A stretch of DNA of 64,000 bases, from contig JAYOFM010000004.1 of NCBI GenBank assembly GCA_038117225.1, positions 277 through 64,276 on the forward strand, given 5' to 3'. Positions 18,557-28,049 of the stretch are shown piece after piece; positions within the stretch are counted from its first letter, which is position 1, and the number at the start of each line of letters is the position of its first letter. The notes beneath the pieces are model-generated. The model was not told where the DNA came from. It made no database searches and saw nothing but the letters and a program-made list of their open reading frames with translations. The translations under genes were made by a program, and so were the position numbers. The stretch is from Rhodospirillales bacterium. Lineage in GTDB: Bacteria > Pseudomonadota > Alphaproteobacteria > Rhodospirillales > Casp-alpha2.

Positions 18557-19342
18557 CTAAGGAATGGCACGATTGAGTTCCGAAATGACGCTTCGTACCA
18601 GCACCATCGCCTCGTCCTTCGGCGCGCCGGGCGCCAGGCGCTTGTCGTATAGCGTGCGAATGAGAACCTGATCGTTGCGACTGAACGTGGTCGGTGTCGA
18701 CTTCTGGTTAAACACCGACGGCATAACCGCGTCGCTGTCATTCGGAAAACCCATGGCCTGTGTCAGCTCTTCCATCAAACAGGCGTCGATAGCCTCAATC
18801 GGCAACTGATTATTGACGACAATGATCCCCTTGACGATGGCGCCGGATTTGATCGCCCACGTCAGGAAATAGCAGACCCCCGGCTCAGCCAGTTTCCTCA
18901 ACAATGCCGGCGGCGCCTCCTTGGCGACAAAGGGCGCGCCCATGGCCAGGCGCGGTAGAAATTTAATGGCAAGGTTCGGCGGCTTCTTGACCTTCTTGGC
19001 ATCTTCCGTCGCGACCCCTGTCAACTTGACGAGGACCTTCAAGTGCTTCTGAATCAGCTTGATGTTTTCGGCCGCCGGCCTCTGTTTCTGAAGCTTAAGT
19101 TCCTTGCCGCCACCGGGCTTGTCGATCACCTTGCCCGCCAGCGACGACACGGTAATGCGCAGCGGCTGCAGCCATTTCTTGATGTAGGTGGACGGCGCGA
19201 CGCTCTCATACTCCGACTTGAACACAACGGCCTCGAAAAATTTGGTCAAATCCGCGTCGGACGCCTTCTCCGCCGACACCGGGGCCGGCGACGCGAAGAG
19301 CACCGCGGCCGCCAACACCGGCCAGCACGATAGAATACGCAT
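18557..19342 (-). CDS. secreted DUF2927-like protein, paralog A
   Basis: 261 aa with signal peptide MRILSCWPVLAAAVLFASPAPVSA. Block ACLMEELTQAMGFPND matches the downstream paralog. Confidence 0.6.
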   Translation of the reverse strand: MRILSCWPVLAAAVLFASPAPVSAEKASDADLTKFFEAVVFKSEYESVAPSTYIKKWLQPLRITVSSLAGKVIDKPGGGKELKLQKQRPAAENIKLIQKHLKVLVKLTGVATEDAKKVKKPPNLAIKFLPRLAMGAPFVAKEAPPALLRKLAEPGVCYFLTWAIKSGAIVKGIIVVNNQLPIEAIDACLMEELTQAMGFPNDSDAVMPSVFNQKSTPTTFSRNDQVLIRTLYDKRLAPGAPKDEAMVLVRSVISELNRAIP

Positions 19343-19415
19343 GGTAATCGTTCCGTATCTCAGTCTCGTGGACAGATGGCGGCCAGCTTACACGATGCCG
19401 GACCGCTGCGCCCAA

Positions 19416-20723
19416 TCAATTGGCGATGATCCAGGATCTGAGCATATTTTCCGCCACCGGTCGGTAGGCGTCGAACCGGTTGGCTGGCGCCGTATAGGAC
19501 CAGACATGGGCGACATCACCCGTCGGTCGAGGCAACACCAGTGCCCATTTACGATAGACGCGACCACCGTGATTATAGGTGGCGACGAATTGACGCCCGG
19601 CGAGAGTGACGCCGCGTTTGGAATAGCTGACGGCTTTTTCCCCATCGAATTCAAGACCCGCCGCCGTCTTTCCGAGTTGGCTCTTCAGATCCTGGAAGGC
19701 CATGCGGACCGCGTCCTCGGGCTTGCCTGATTTCGCCGGCTGCACGTTCTGAACGCTGACGATCGCGTCATACGCCGAGGTCCCCTGGCGGCCGCTGAAG
19801 ATGGCTGTATAGGCCGCCGATTTTTCCATTTCCCAATCAGCCGGAAAATCAATGGCATAACCGAAACCCGGTTCATTGAAACGCTGGCTCGCATTCTTGA
19901 CGGCTGGCGTCGGTGCCGCTGGCGCCGGACGTCCATCGGCCATCGCCGACGCCTTGGGCGCGGCGTGCAGCGGTTTGGCGGCGGATGTCGCCGCCCCCGG
20001 CGCCGGCGCCGCCACCGCGACGGTATCTGGCCGATCATCGGCGGCGGCTTGAAAGTGGCCAAGCAGCCATTCGAATTCCGGATGCAGGCGCTCGAAGGCT
20101 TGCTTCGGCGCGAAGAACATGAACACGAAATCGGTACGCTTGGCGCGCGCGATGACCAGGCGGACCCGCATCGGACCGGCTTCGTACAGTGCCTGACGGG
20201 CCTCCATGCCGGCGACGGTGGTTTCCGATTCCATCAGTTTACTGGTCCACGGCTTGCCGTCACCCAGGTAGCGTTCGTCCAACTTGGCAACCATGCTGGC
20301 GAGCCCCGTCGACGGGCTTGAGTCGCCGGTCTGCAAATTGATCGCGTATCCACGCCTGGATTGCACCGACAAACCCGCCTTTCCAGCCAATTCGATGACC
20401 CGCGCCCCCGGTGGCACGGGAACGAAGAAGCCGCGTTTCGGATCAACGTACTGGCCCGGTTTAGTGCTTGGCGGCGCGACGACCTTACCCGGCGGCGCCG
20501 CCATGGCCAGCGGCGTCGCCGGACCGTCCGAGCGCATCAACGCACCTGGCGACACCATCCCGGCCTGGGGCGAATTGCCGAACGGAGATGGGTCCGGAGC
20601 GCCGCTCGGGGCCATCGTGGTTGTCGGTCGCGCGCCGGGCGCGGTTTGTGCCACGGCGGCGTCGATAGCCACGCTGCCGGCAACAACCAGCGCCGTTGTG
20701 AGAACGATGGATTTTTTCAACAT
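19416..20723 (-). CDS. secreted hypothetical protein with Pro/Ala-rich linkers and two globular segments
   Basis: 435 aa with signal peptide MLKKSIVLTTALVVAGSVAIDAAVA. Two roughly 130-150-aa segments are separated by an Ala/Pro-rich linker. No confident family. Confidence 0.7.
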   Translation of the reverse strand: MLKKSIVLTTALVVAGSVAIDAAVAQTAPGARPTTTMAPSGAPDPSPFGNSPQAGMVSPGALMRSDGPATPLAMAAPPGKVVAPPSTKPGQYVDPKRGFFVPVPPGARVIELAGKAGLSVQSRRGYAINLQTGDSSPSTGLASMVAKLDERYLGDGKPWTSKLMESETTVAGMEARQALYEAGPMRVRLVIARAKRTDFVFMFFAPKQAFERLHPEFEWLLGHFQAAADDRPDTVAVAAPAPGAATSAAKPLHAAPKASAMADGRPAPAAPTPAVKNASQRFNEPGFGYAIDFPADWEMEKSAAYTAIFSGRQGTSAYDAIVSVQNVQPAKSGKPEDAVRMAFQDLKSQLGKTAAGLEFDGEKAVSYSKRGVTLAGRQFVATYNHGGRVYRKWALVLPRPTGDVAHVWSYTAPANRFDAYRPVAENMLRSWIIAN

Positions 20724-20786
20724 GGGACGAAGCCCTTGATCACGTTTTTCCTACGTGAAGTCTAGGCCGCCATGCTTAACAAATCG

Positions 20787-22598
20787 TTACTCCGCCACTT
20801 TGATGTCCGGCGCGGACAGGGTTCCCGTTAGGGCAAAATCGGACTTTCGCCGCCCGCCGGCGGCCTCGTCGACAAGTGTCGCCAAACGCCCCGTCATGGA
20901 GTCGTTCGCGAGATCCAGCTTGCCATTGCCAATTATGCTCCACCCGTTCGACTGCATCAGCAGATGATTGCTAATGAGAATGCCGCGCGAGACGTTGAAG
21001 CTCCCGGCAAACCGGGAAAACGCCAGCGCTTTGGCGTCGCCACGCCCGAGGTCCTGGCGCAGCGCCTCGACCAGGTTTGCATTCCGAAGTTCGCCCGCGT
21101 CGACGGTAAACATGCCATTGCCACGCAAGGCAGCCAGAAGCTGGGCATTGTCAGCGCCGACGGACAGCAGCTCGAGTTCGGCCAGGCCCTCGCCCGTGAT
21201 CGGCACCGGCATTCCCATGGCACCACCCAGTTTGCCGATATCGACACCGCGCATCCTGACGGCGGCGGTCAACGCGGTCATGCCTTCGCCATGGCCGAGC
21301 GAAACGTCGCCGCGCAGCGTGCCGCCGCCAATCTCGGCCCGCTCAAACTCCAACCGAACCGGCGCGCCGGCCTTGGCGCGATCGATGCGGATCACGCCAG
21401 CCTTCCCTTCAACGTTGCCGGCGAACACGCGTTCCCACGCGATGCGCACGCCGCCCCGCGATGGATATCCCGCCGCCACCCGGCCAAGGTCCGCCGTATC
21501 ATCCATCACGGTCGTCGCCAACAGGCCGAGCGGTTTCAGGTCAAGCGATTGGGCATCAAACGCACCATCGATTTCCCGCCCCTCGGTTCGCTCGGCAAAC
21601 GAAATACGCCCCGTGGCCGTCGTCCGACCGAGTTCAATCGTAACGTCCTCAAGTGCCCGGCGCCCGGCATCGATGGTGAGTTTTCCGTCGATACGCACGA
21701 CGCCCGGACCCAAGGAATTGGTCGGCAAGCCGGCAAACGTCTCAAGTCCACTGAGGTTACCGGCAAAGACCGTCAACGCCCCGGACGCAACGAAACCATG
21801 TCGCCACGCGGCGCGGCCGATCAGGCTTGCGGTCAAGCCATCGCCGGTTGCCGTCAGCGTCGTCTTGCTGCCCGCGCCGGTGATAAGATCCGTCGCCGAC
21901 CCAAGGTCCGCGCGGAGCCGCCATTTGATGTTCCGCCCCGTGGCTTCGCCGTCGAACCGCAACCCGGCGCGGCCGCTGGGCGGGAGCGGGTTTTTTTTCA
22001 TCGAAATTCCACTGACGGTAACGACCGAACCACCGGGGCTTTCATCCTCAATGCGGCCATTGCTAAGCATGATTTCGCCAAGCTCAAGCCCGCGCCACTG
22101 CCCCCAGGCGCGGCGAACGAGTTTGTTGTCGGATAACATCGCATCGACGCGGCGCCGCAAAACCGGTTCCTCGATGAGAAGCCGCTCAATCGCCAAGGCG
22201 CCGGTGATCAGTGAAAGTGTACCAAGTGTCACGTCGAGCCGCTTGATCGTCAGCACGTCGCCCGCACTCTCTTGATCGCCGATCACCACGTCGCGACCGT
22301 CAACGCGAACCGACGGCACCAAGGCGAAGTCGATGGGACCGACAAACTTGATCGGTTGGCCGACAATGACGCGGCCGATCGATCCGACGAACGAGCGGGC
22401 CAGGGTTTCGGGCATCACCAACGGCCCCAGCAGGACCAAGACCACGAGCACGCCCAGCAGCCCGGCGATGCCGATCCCCAGCCATTTCAATGCGGGGAAT
22501 CGCGACGGTGGCGTCACCGTCGACGACAGTTCGGTGTCCGGCACCAGGTCAAGCATGGCGCACCGTCCTCCCCCGGTCCGTGGCGACAAACCGGGCAT
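20787..22598 (-). CDS. AsmA-family outer-membrane biogenesis protein
   Basis: 603 aa. N-terminal TM (WLGIGIAGLLGVLVVLVLLGP), a long Gly/Ala/Thr-rich beta region and an AsmA-type C-terminus (...GTLSAPDIKV). Alternative start at 22556. Confidence 0.75.
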   Translation of the reverse strand: MPGLSPRTGGGRCAMLDLVPDTELSSTVTPPSRFPALKWLGIGIAGLLGVLVVLVLLGPLVMPETLARSFVGSIGRVIVGQPIKFVGPIDFALVPSVRVDGRDVVIGDQESAGDVLTIKRLDVTLGTLSLITGALAIERLLIEEPVLRRRVDAMLSDNKLVRRAWGQWRGLELGEIMLSNGRIEDESPGGSVVTVSGISMKKNPLPPSGRAGLRFDGEATGRNIKWRLRADLGSATDLITGAGSKTTLTATGDGLTASLIGRAAWRHGFVASGALTVFAGNLSGLETFAGLPTNSLGPGVVRIDGKLTIDAGRRALEDVTIELGRTTATGRISFAERTEGREIDGAFDAQSLDLKPLGLLATTVMDDTADLGRVAAGYPSRGGVRIAWERVFAGNVEGKAGVIRIDRAKAGAPVRLEFERAEIGGGTLRGDVSLGHGEGMTALTAAVRMRGVDIGKLGGAMGMPVPITGEGLAELELLSVGADNAQLLAALRGNGMFTVDAGELRNANLVEALRQDLGRGDAKALAFSRFAGSFNVSRGILISNHLLMQSNGWSIIGNGKLDLANDSMTGRLATLVDEAAGGRRKSDFALTGTLSAPDIKVAE

Positions 22599-22741
22599 TA
22601 CATATTACGACATACGCCATCGAGACTGGCTCCCGGCGCTGGCGCCGTTCTTCCCCGGTCACCATGAACACCGATACCGGTTTCCATACCATTAACGACC
22701 GTCCAATTTAGCCATATGTTTGGAAAACGACGTCCTGCCCG

Positions 22742-22966
22742 TCAGCCGCTTTTCTTAATGACGAACGTCAAGACGCCCCCGGCGTCATCCGAACGAATCA
22801 GTTCGTCGCCCGTGGCCTGGCAAAAATTTTGAAAATCCTCGACCGCGCTAGAATCCGTGGCGAGAACGGTCAAAGTATCACCGGCATCCAGGGCCTTTAG
22901 CGCGCGTTTCGCCTTGAGGACAGGCAGGGGGCATTTCAAGCCGCGGGCATCCAGTTCCTGATCCAT
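22742..22966 (-). CDS. TusA/SirA-family sulfurtransferase
   Basis: 74 aa from ATG 22966: MDQELDARGLKCPLPVLKAKRAL... with the CPxP active-site motif. Confidence 0.85.
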   Translation of the reverse strand: MDQELDARGLKCPLPVLKAKRALKALDAGDTLTVLATDSSAVEDFQNFCQATGDELIRSDDAGGVLTFVIKKSG

Positions 22967-23252
22967 CCTGGCCGGTCCTTTTCCCGGTCCGCACGTTCCC
23001 GCACGGCGGTCTATTTCAAACATTATACCAAGTTGCATCGGATCGTGTTGACAGCCGCAAGCGATTACCATAGAAGCCGTCAGGTAATCCACAACCCTCT
23101 CTTCCAAAAAGAGAATTTCCCCGACCTACCCAAGGGGGTCGCCGTGGCCGGCATCGGCATTTCGTTGTACCAGATCGTTGGGTGCCCATGGAGCGCCGGG
23201 GTCGACGGCGATCGACCAACGGCCGATGGTCGCCGTCAAGGCACCCGCTGAG

Positions 23253-24173
23253 ATGCAGATTTACCTGCCCATCGCGGAAATTTCGGTCAACGTTTTTCTA
23301 ATCTTGGGCATGGGCGGCGGTGTCGGCATTTTGTCCGGCCTGTTCGGCGTCGGCGGTGGTTTTCTGATGACACCGCTATTGATTTTCATCGGCATCCCGC
23401 CGGCGGTCGCCGTGGCGACGGAAGCGAACCAGATTGTCGCCAGTTCGGTATCCGGTGTGCTGGCGCATTGGCGCCGCGGCAATGTCGATTTGAAGATGGG
23501 CACGGTCCTGCTCATCGGTGGCATTATCGGGTCGACGTTCGGTGTGTGGCTGTTTACCTGGCTGAAAGGCCTCGGTCAGGTCGATCTGGTAATCAAACTC
23601 TCGTACGTCGTCTTCCTCGGCATTATCGGCTCTTTGATGCTCGTCGAAAGCGGGCGAGCGATCATGAAGAAACGCGCCGGTGCGGGTGCCATGGGTAAGA
23701 TCCATCATCACAACTGGATGCATGGGTTGCCGTTAAAAATGCGGTTCCGGCGGTCCAAGTTGTACATCAGCGCCTTGCTGCCGCTCGCCGTCGGTATTTT
23801 CGTGGGTATTTTGTCGGCCATCATGGGTGTCGGCGGCGGCTTCGTCATGGTGCCGGCGATGATCTACCTGCTCGGCATGCCGACGGTGGTGGTGGTCGGA
23901 ACCTCGCTGTTCCAGATTATCTTTGTCACCGCCAACGTGACCGTTCTGCAGGCGGTCTCGAATCAGACCGTCGACGTGGTGCTGGCCATCCTTTTGCTGA
24001 TCGGTGGCGTTATCGGCGCGCAGATCGGCGCACGCTTCGGCGGCAAGCTGCAGGGCGAGCAGTTACGTGGTCTGCTGGCGCTGATCGTGCTGGCGGTTTG
24101 CATCAAACTCGGTTTCGATCTCATCGTGACACCGTCGGAGTTTTTCTCCCTTGGCGCGGCGGGTGGTCACTGA
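23253..24173 (+). CDS. TauE/SafE-family (DUF81) anion exporter
   Basis: Polytopic membrane protein with repeated GxGGG motifs (GLFGVGGGFLMTP, IMGVGGGFVMVP). ATG 23253. Confidence 0.85.
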   Translation: MQIYLPIAEISVNVFLILGMGGGVGILSGLFGVGGGFLMTPLLIFIGIPPAVAVATEANQIVASSVSGVLAHWRRGNVDLKMGTVLLIGGIIGSTFGVWLFTWLKGLGQVDLVIKLSYVVFLGIIGSLMLVESGRAIMKKRAGAGAMGKIHHHNWMHGLPLKMRFRRSKLYISALLPLAVGIFVGILSAIMGVGGGFVMVPAMIYLLGMPTVVVVGTSLFQIIFVTANVTVLQAVSNQTVDVVLAILLLIGGVIGAQIGARFGGKLQGEQLRGLLALIVLAVCIKLGFDLIVTPSEFFSLGAAGGH

Positions 24174-24934
24174 TGTGGAGCGCACGGCCACGTTCCGCGG
24201 CTTTGGTGGCGTTCCTGCTGGCGTCACTGGTCGTTGCCACGCCGGCGACGGCACGGGAGATCGTGATCGACTTGTCATCACCCGTGGTCAAGGTGACCGC
24301 GGGCTTCGCCGGAACGGATATTCTTCTCTACGGCGCCAAACAGGCGGCTGGCGATATTATCGTCGTCATTCGCGGGCCGGCCAAGAAGCAGGTCGTGCGG
24401 CGCAAGGAACAGGTCGGCGGTGTGTGGGTCAACCGGGCCAGCCAGACATTCAAGGCGGTCCCCTCATACTATTGGGTGGCATCCAATCGGCAAGACCTCG
24501 GCTCCATGCTCAGCACGGAACTGCGGCAAATTCATCAAATTGGTATCGATGAACTGGACTTCGCATTGACCGAAGACGACGCCGTCGATTCAGATATTTG
24601 GGAATACCGCGACGCCATCAAGCGCATTCACGTCCGCGATGGTCTTTACGGTGGCGCGACGCAGGACCTTATTTTCCTCTCCGACACCCTGTTCAAGACC
24701 AATGTGCGGTTGCCAGCCAATGTCTCCGTCGGTCCGTATGGCGTCGATGTCTATCTGGTTCGCGATGGCGATATCGTCGCCAGTGAAACAAAGATCCTCA
24801 ATGTCCGAAAATTCGGCCTCGAGGCTGCGGTTTACGACTTCGCCCACCGTTTCTCGTTCGCCTATGGTATCATCGCCGTCATCATCGCCTTGGTCGCCGG
24901 TTGGTCGGCCAACGCCGTGTTCCGCAAGCGCTGA
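24173..24934 (+). CDS. TIGR02186 / Alph_Pro_TM-like protein
   Basis: About 253 aa. Signal peptide (MWSARPRSAALVAFLLASLVVATPATA) plus a C-terminal TM (IIAVIIALVAGW). ATG overlaps the TauE stop (TGATG). Confidence 0.7.
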   Translation: MWSARPRSAALVAFLLASLVVATPATAREIVIDLSSPVVKVTAGFAGTDILLYGAKQAAGDIIVVIRGPAKKQVVRRKEQVGGVWVNRASQTFKAVPSYYWVASNRQDLGSMLSTELRQIHQIGIDELDFALTEDDAVDSDIWEYRDAIKRIHVRDGLYGGATQDLIFLSDTLFKTNVRLPANVSVGPYGVDVYLVRDGDIVASETKILNVRKFGLEAAVYDFAHRFSFAYGIIAVIIALVAGWSANAVFRKR

Positions 24935-24946
24935 GACCAAGGTGCC

Positions 24947-25465
24947 GTGACAATGAGCAATGAAGACACCGCCGTTACCGAAAATCCACCGCCCCGCAAG
25001 TCATCAGGCAAGACGTTCCTGTGCGTCGTCGATGATACGCCTGAATTCGCGGCGGCGCTGCATTTCGCGTGCTGCCGCGCCGTGAATACGGGCGGCCGCG
25101 TCGCGTTGCTTTACGTCACGCAACCGGCCGAGTTTCAGCATTGGGCGGCGGTCGGCGATCGCATGCGCCAGGAAGCCCGCGAGGAAGCCGAGGAAATGCT
25201 TGCCGTGGTTTCCGGCAGGGTGCAGGAAAAAACCGGCCAAACCCCCGCTGTCTATATCCGCGAGGGAACCGTGCGCGAACAGGTCGTCGACCTGATCAAC
25301 GATGAAACCCACATTTCGTTCCTGGTCCTGGGCGCGGCCAGCGGCACCGACGGCCCTGGCCCGCTGATCAGCTATCTGGTTGAACGCATGACCGGCGAAC
25401 TACGCGTTCCCGTGGTCATCGTCCCCGGTGGGTTAAGCAACGAAGATATCGAGGCCATCACCTGA
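24947..25465 (+). CDS. universal stress protein (single Usp domain)
   Basis: FLCVVDDTPEFAAAL...ALLYV...LVLGA...VPVVIVPG pattern. GTG 24947, or ATG 24953 as an alternative. Confidence 0.8.
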   Translation: MTMSNEDTAVTENPPPRKSSGKTFLCVVDDTPEFAAALHFACCRAVNTGGRVALLYVTQPAEFQHWAAVGDRMRQEAREEAEEMLAVVSGRVQEKTGQTPAVYIREGTVREQVVDLINDETHISFLVLGAASGTDGPGPLISYLVERMTGELRVPVVIVPGGLSNEDIEAIT

Positions 25466-25483
25466 CCGGGGCGCCCACATGGG

Positions 25484-26452
25484 CTAACGAATGATCAGCA
25501 CCGAGTTGTGGGCCTTGGCCAGGACCTTGGACGGAACACTGCCGAACAGCATCCGCTTGAATGAAGACTTGCCATCGTCGGACAACACGATCAGCGAATA
25601 ATCTTTTCCCACGTTGATGATTTCTTCGACCGGATCACCGATGTTGACGTAGGTGTTGATCACGTCGAGCCCGGTCTCCGCGACCACGTTCCGGGCCCGC
25701 TCGACGGCTTGTTCCGCCGCCGCCTTCTCGCCATCATCGCGGGCCACGGACATGATCGAGACCATGGGCTTGTCGAAACGCTTTGCCAGCAGGGCATCGC
25801 GGCGCACCGCCTCGAGCGAACGCTCGGACCCGTCCGTGCATATCAAATGGCCGCGGCCGGGAACCAGTTCTCGCGTCGCTAACACCGAACACGGCGCATG
25901 CAGCGCCACTTGCTGCGCGACCTGGCGGGGAAAGAAGCCGCGTTTGCGGTCGCCGCCAAGGATGATCAAGCTGTAGGGGCCGAGTTCGTATTGGTCGAGG
26001 ATACCGCTCGCCGGGTCGTGCGCCGTTTTCAGCTTGAGCACGATGCTCTTACCCTGGTTGTTGCGGTACTCGATCTTGTTGTCGCCCAGGGGATCGCCCT
26101 CGACATCGGTGTGGGTATGGATCGAGTTCCAATCCTCGACCATCTGCCCCTGCCCGATCAGCAAATCCAGGCCTTCGCGGAGGTAACGGACGCCGGGCAA
26201 TTCGATGCCCCAGTTGAGGAGGTTTTCGCGCGCCACGCGAATCTGTAGGCCGCCCGAGTGCAATCCTTGATCGATAGTACGGACATACAGCAAGACGATG
26301 TCGCAATCATCGGCGCCGCCCATGCGGGCGGCGTAGTCCAGGCCGCGGAACGACTCTTCCGATCCGTCGATGCAGACGAGAATCCGGAACCGGCTGAGCC
26401 GCCTTTCGTGCTCGGCCTCCATTTCCCGCTGAATATCGTCTTTCTCGGCCAC
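25484..26452 (-). CDS. universal stress protein (tandem Usp domains)
   Basis: 322 aa with two Usp-like halves (ILVCIDGSEES...; HLICTDGSERS...NSVLIIR). Confidence 0.8.
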   Translation of the reverse strand: MAEKDDIQREMEAEHERRLSRFRILVCIDGSEESFRGLDYAARMGGADDCDIVLLYVRTIDQGLHSGGLQIRVARENLLNWGIELPGVRYLREGLDLLIGQGQMVEDWNSIHTHTDVEGDPLGDNKIEYRNNQGKSIVLKLKTAHDPASGILDQYELGPYSLIILGGDRKRGFFPRQVAQQVALHAPCSVLATRELVPGRGHLICTDGSERSLEAVRRDALLAKRFDKPMVSIMSVARDDGEKAAAEQAVERARNVVAETGLDVINTYVNIGDPVEEIINVGKDYSLIVLSDDGKSSFKRMLFGSVPSKVLAKAHNSVLIIR

Positions 26453-26470
26453 GTTATCTCCGCCTGATTT

Positions 26471-27991
26471 CTAAACGCCCAGCAGCGGCCAATAGAGCGC
26501 CGCGCCAGCCAACATCATCACCGTGGACATGACCGCCATCTTCCAGCCGACCTTCAAAAAATCCGTCGTCTTCAAGTATCCCGCCGCGTAGACAATGGTG
26601 CACGCCGGCGTGCCGACCACGGTCAAATAGGCAAACGCCGACGAGATCGCGGTAATGAAGCCGAGGATAATCGGGCTTTCATTCGCCACCACCGCCATCT
26701 TCAAGACGATCGGCCCGAGCACCGCGACCGCCGCTCCATTGGACATGGTGTTGGTGACACCGGTGGTCAACACGGAAACCGCCGCCCATAATCCGATACC
26801 ATGATCGGCGCCAAACGGTGCCAACCAAGAGAGGAACGATTCCGCGATCCAGATCGCCGCGCCGGTTTCCTTCATCTGCACGCCAAGCGAAATCGCCGCC
26901 GCGTAGAGCAACACGACGCCCCAATTGACCCCGGAATTGATGTCCTCCCAACGCACCAGACCGGCGACCAGGAAGCAGATGGCACCCATCACCGCCACCG
27001 TGCCCATGCCGAGGTCAGCGGACAGCGTGATCCATCCGGTCAGCACCAGGGCGAAGATGGCGATGGCAACCCAATCCGAGGGTTTCATCGGGCCTTCCAA
27101 CTCGACCTGGGTGCGCAACTTCACGCAGGCGCGGGACAGGTCGCGATATTCCGGCCGGAATGTCATCAGCAGGATCGCCGTGACCATGGGCAGCTGCAAC
27201 AGGAACATTGGGTAGGCGTAGAGCATCCATTTCAGGTAGTCGACGAGATAGATGGCGGTGCTCGGATCGTCCGCGTTGTAGAAGAACTCCTTCCAATAGC
27301 CGATCATGATGGCGTTGCGCGCGCCGCCAGACGGCGTACCGATACCGGCGACCGAACAACCGTAGGATATGGAGAACAGAACCACCGCCGCCAGGTTTCT
27401 GACCTTGTGCGGGTCGTCGGATGTCAACGTGATCAAGGTAATACCGACGGGCAGCATCATCGCCGCCACCGTGTGTTCACCGACGAACGACGCCAGGACA
27501 CCGGACACGACTGATATCCCGAGGCAGATACGCGACGTCTTGGTCCCGGTGATGCGAACGATGAACCAGGCAATGCGTCTGTCGAGCTTTTGGCGCACGA
27601 CGGCGACGGCGAGCATTAACGAGCCCATGATAAACAACACGCTGTCGGTCATCAGGCTGCGCGCCACTTCGGTCGAGCCCAGCCCAAGCAGGACGACCTG
27701 ACCGACAATGATCATCAACGCCACCGTCGGCAGCGGCACGGGTTCGGTGACGAACAGGATCGTCGCCACCACGGACATGGTCAGTACCACCATGCCTTCT
27801 TCCGTCAGTCCGGCCGGACGCGGCATCACCAACATGACCGCGCCGATGGCCATGGCAATGAAGAACCAGCGTTTTTCCCAGAAATAATACAGATTGAGCG
27901 TTCGCGTGATGCGGCCGAGGCTGGGCACCGGCGCAACCCGCCGCACACTCCGCGCTGCCAGTCCTGCTAGCGTATTCCGTGCATCGGCCAC
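26471..27991 (-). CDS. SLC13/DASS (ArsB/NhaD superfamily) anion permease
   Basis: 506 aa. About 12 or more TM segments with the two-fold repeat typical of DASS/CitT-like permeases. Confidence 0.75.
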   Translation of the reverse strand: MADARNTLAGLAARSVRRVAPVPSLGRITRTLNLYYFWEKRWFFIAMAIGAVMLVMPRPAGLTEEGMVVLTMSVVATILFVTEPVPLPTVALMIIVGQVVLLGLGSTEVARSLMTDSVLFIMGSLMLAVAVVRQKLDRRIAWFIVRITGTKTSRICLGISVVSGVLASFVGEHTVAAMMLPVGITLITLTSDDPHKVRNLAAVVLFSISYGCSVAGIGTPSGGARNAIMIGYWKEFFYNADDPSTAIYLVDYLKWMLYAYPMFLLQLPMVTAILLMTFRPEYRDLSRACVKLRTQVELEGPMKPSDWVAIAIFALVLTGWITLSADLGMGTVAVMGAICFLVAGLVRWEDINSGVNWGVVLLYAAAISLGVQMKETGAAIWIAESFLSWLAPFGADHGIGLWAAVSVLTTGVTNTMSNGAAVAVLGPIVLKMAVVANESPIILGFITAISSAFAYLTVVGTPACTIVYAAGYLKTTDFLKVGWKMAVMSTVMMLAGAALYWPLLGV

Positions 27992-28049
27992 GGTGTTCCC
28001 CGGATCCCAGCGTCGCCGCCATGTGGCGGCGAAACAGGTTCAAATTACC

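Noticed and set aside
18541-18741. Upstream extension of the DUF2927-like paralog B ORF (329-aa form).
   Set aside because: The extension is Arg-rich and overlaps the upstream paralog's 3' end. A signal-peptide-like start at ATG 18540 gives a protein the same size as paralog A.
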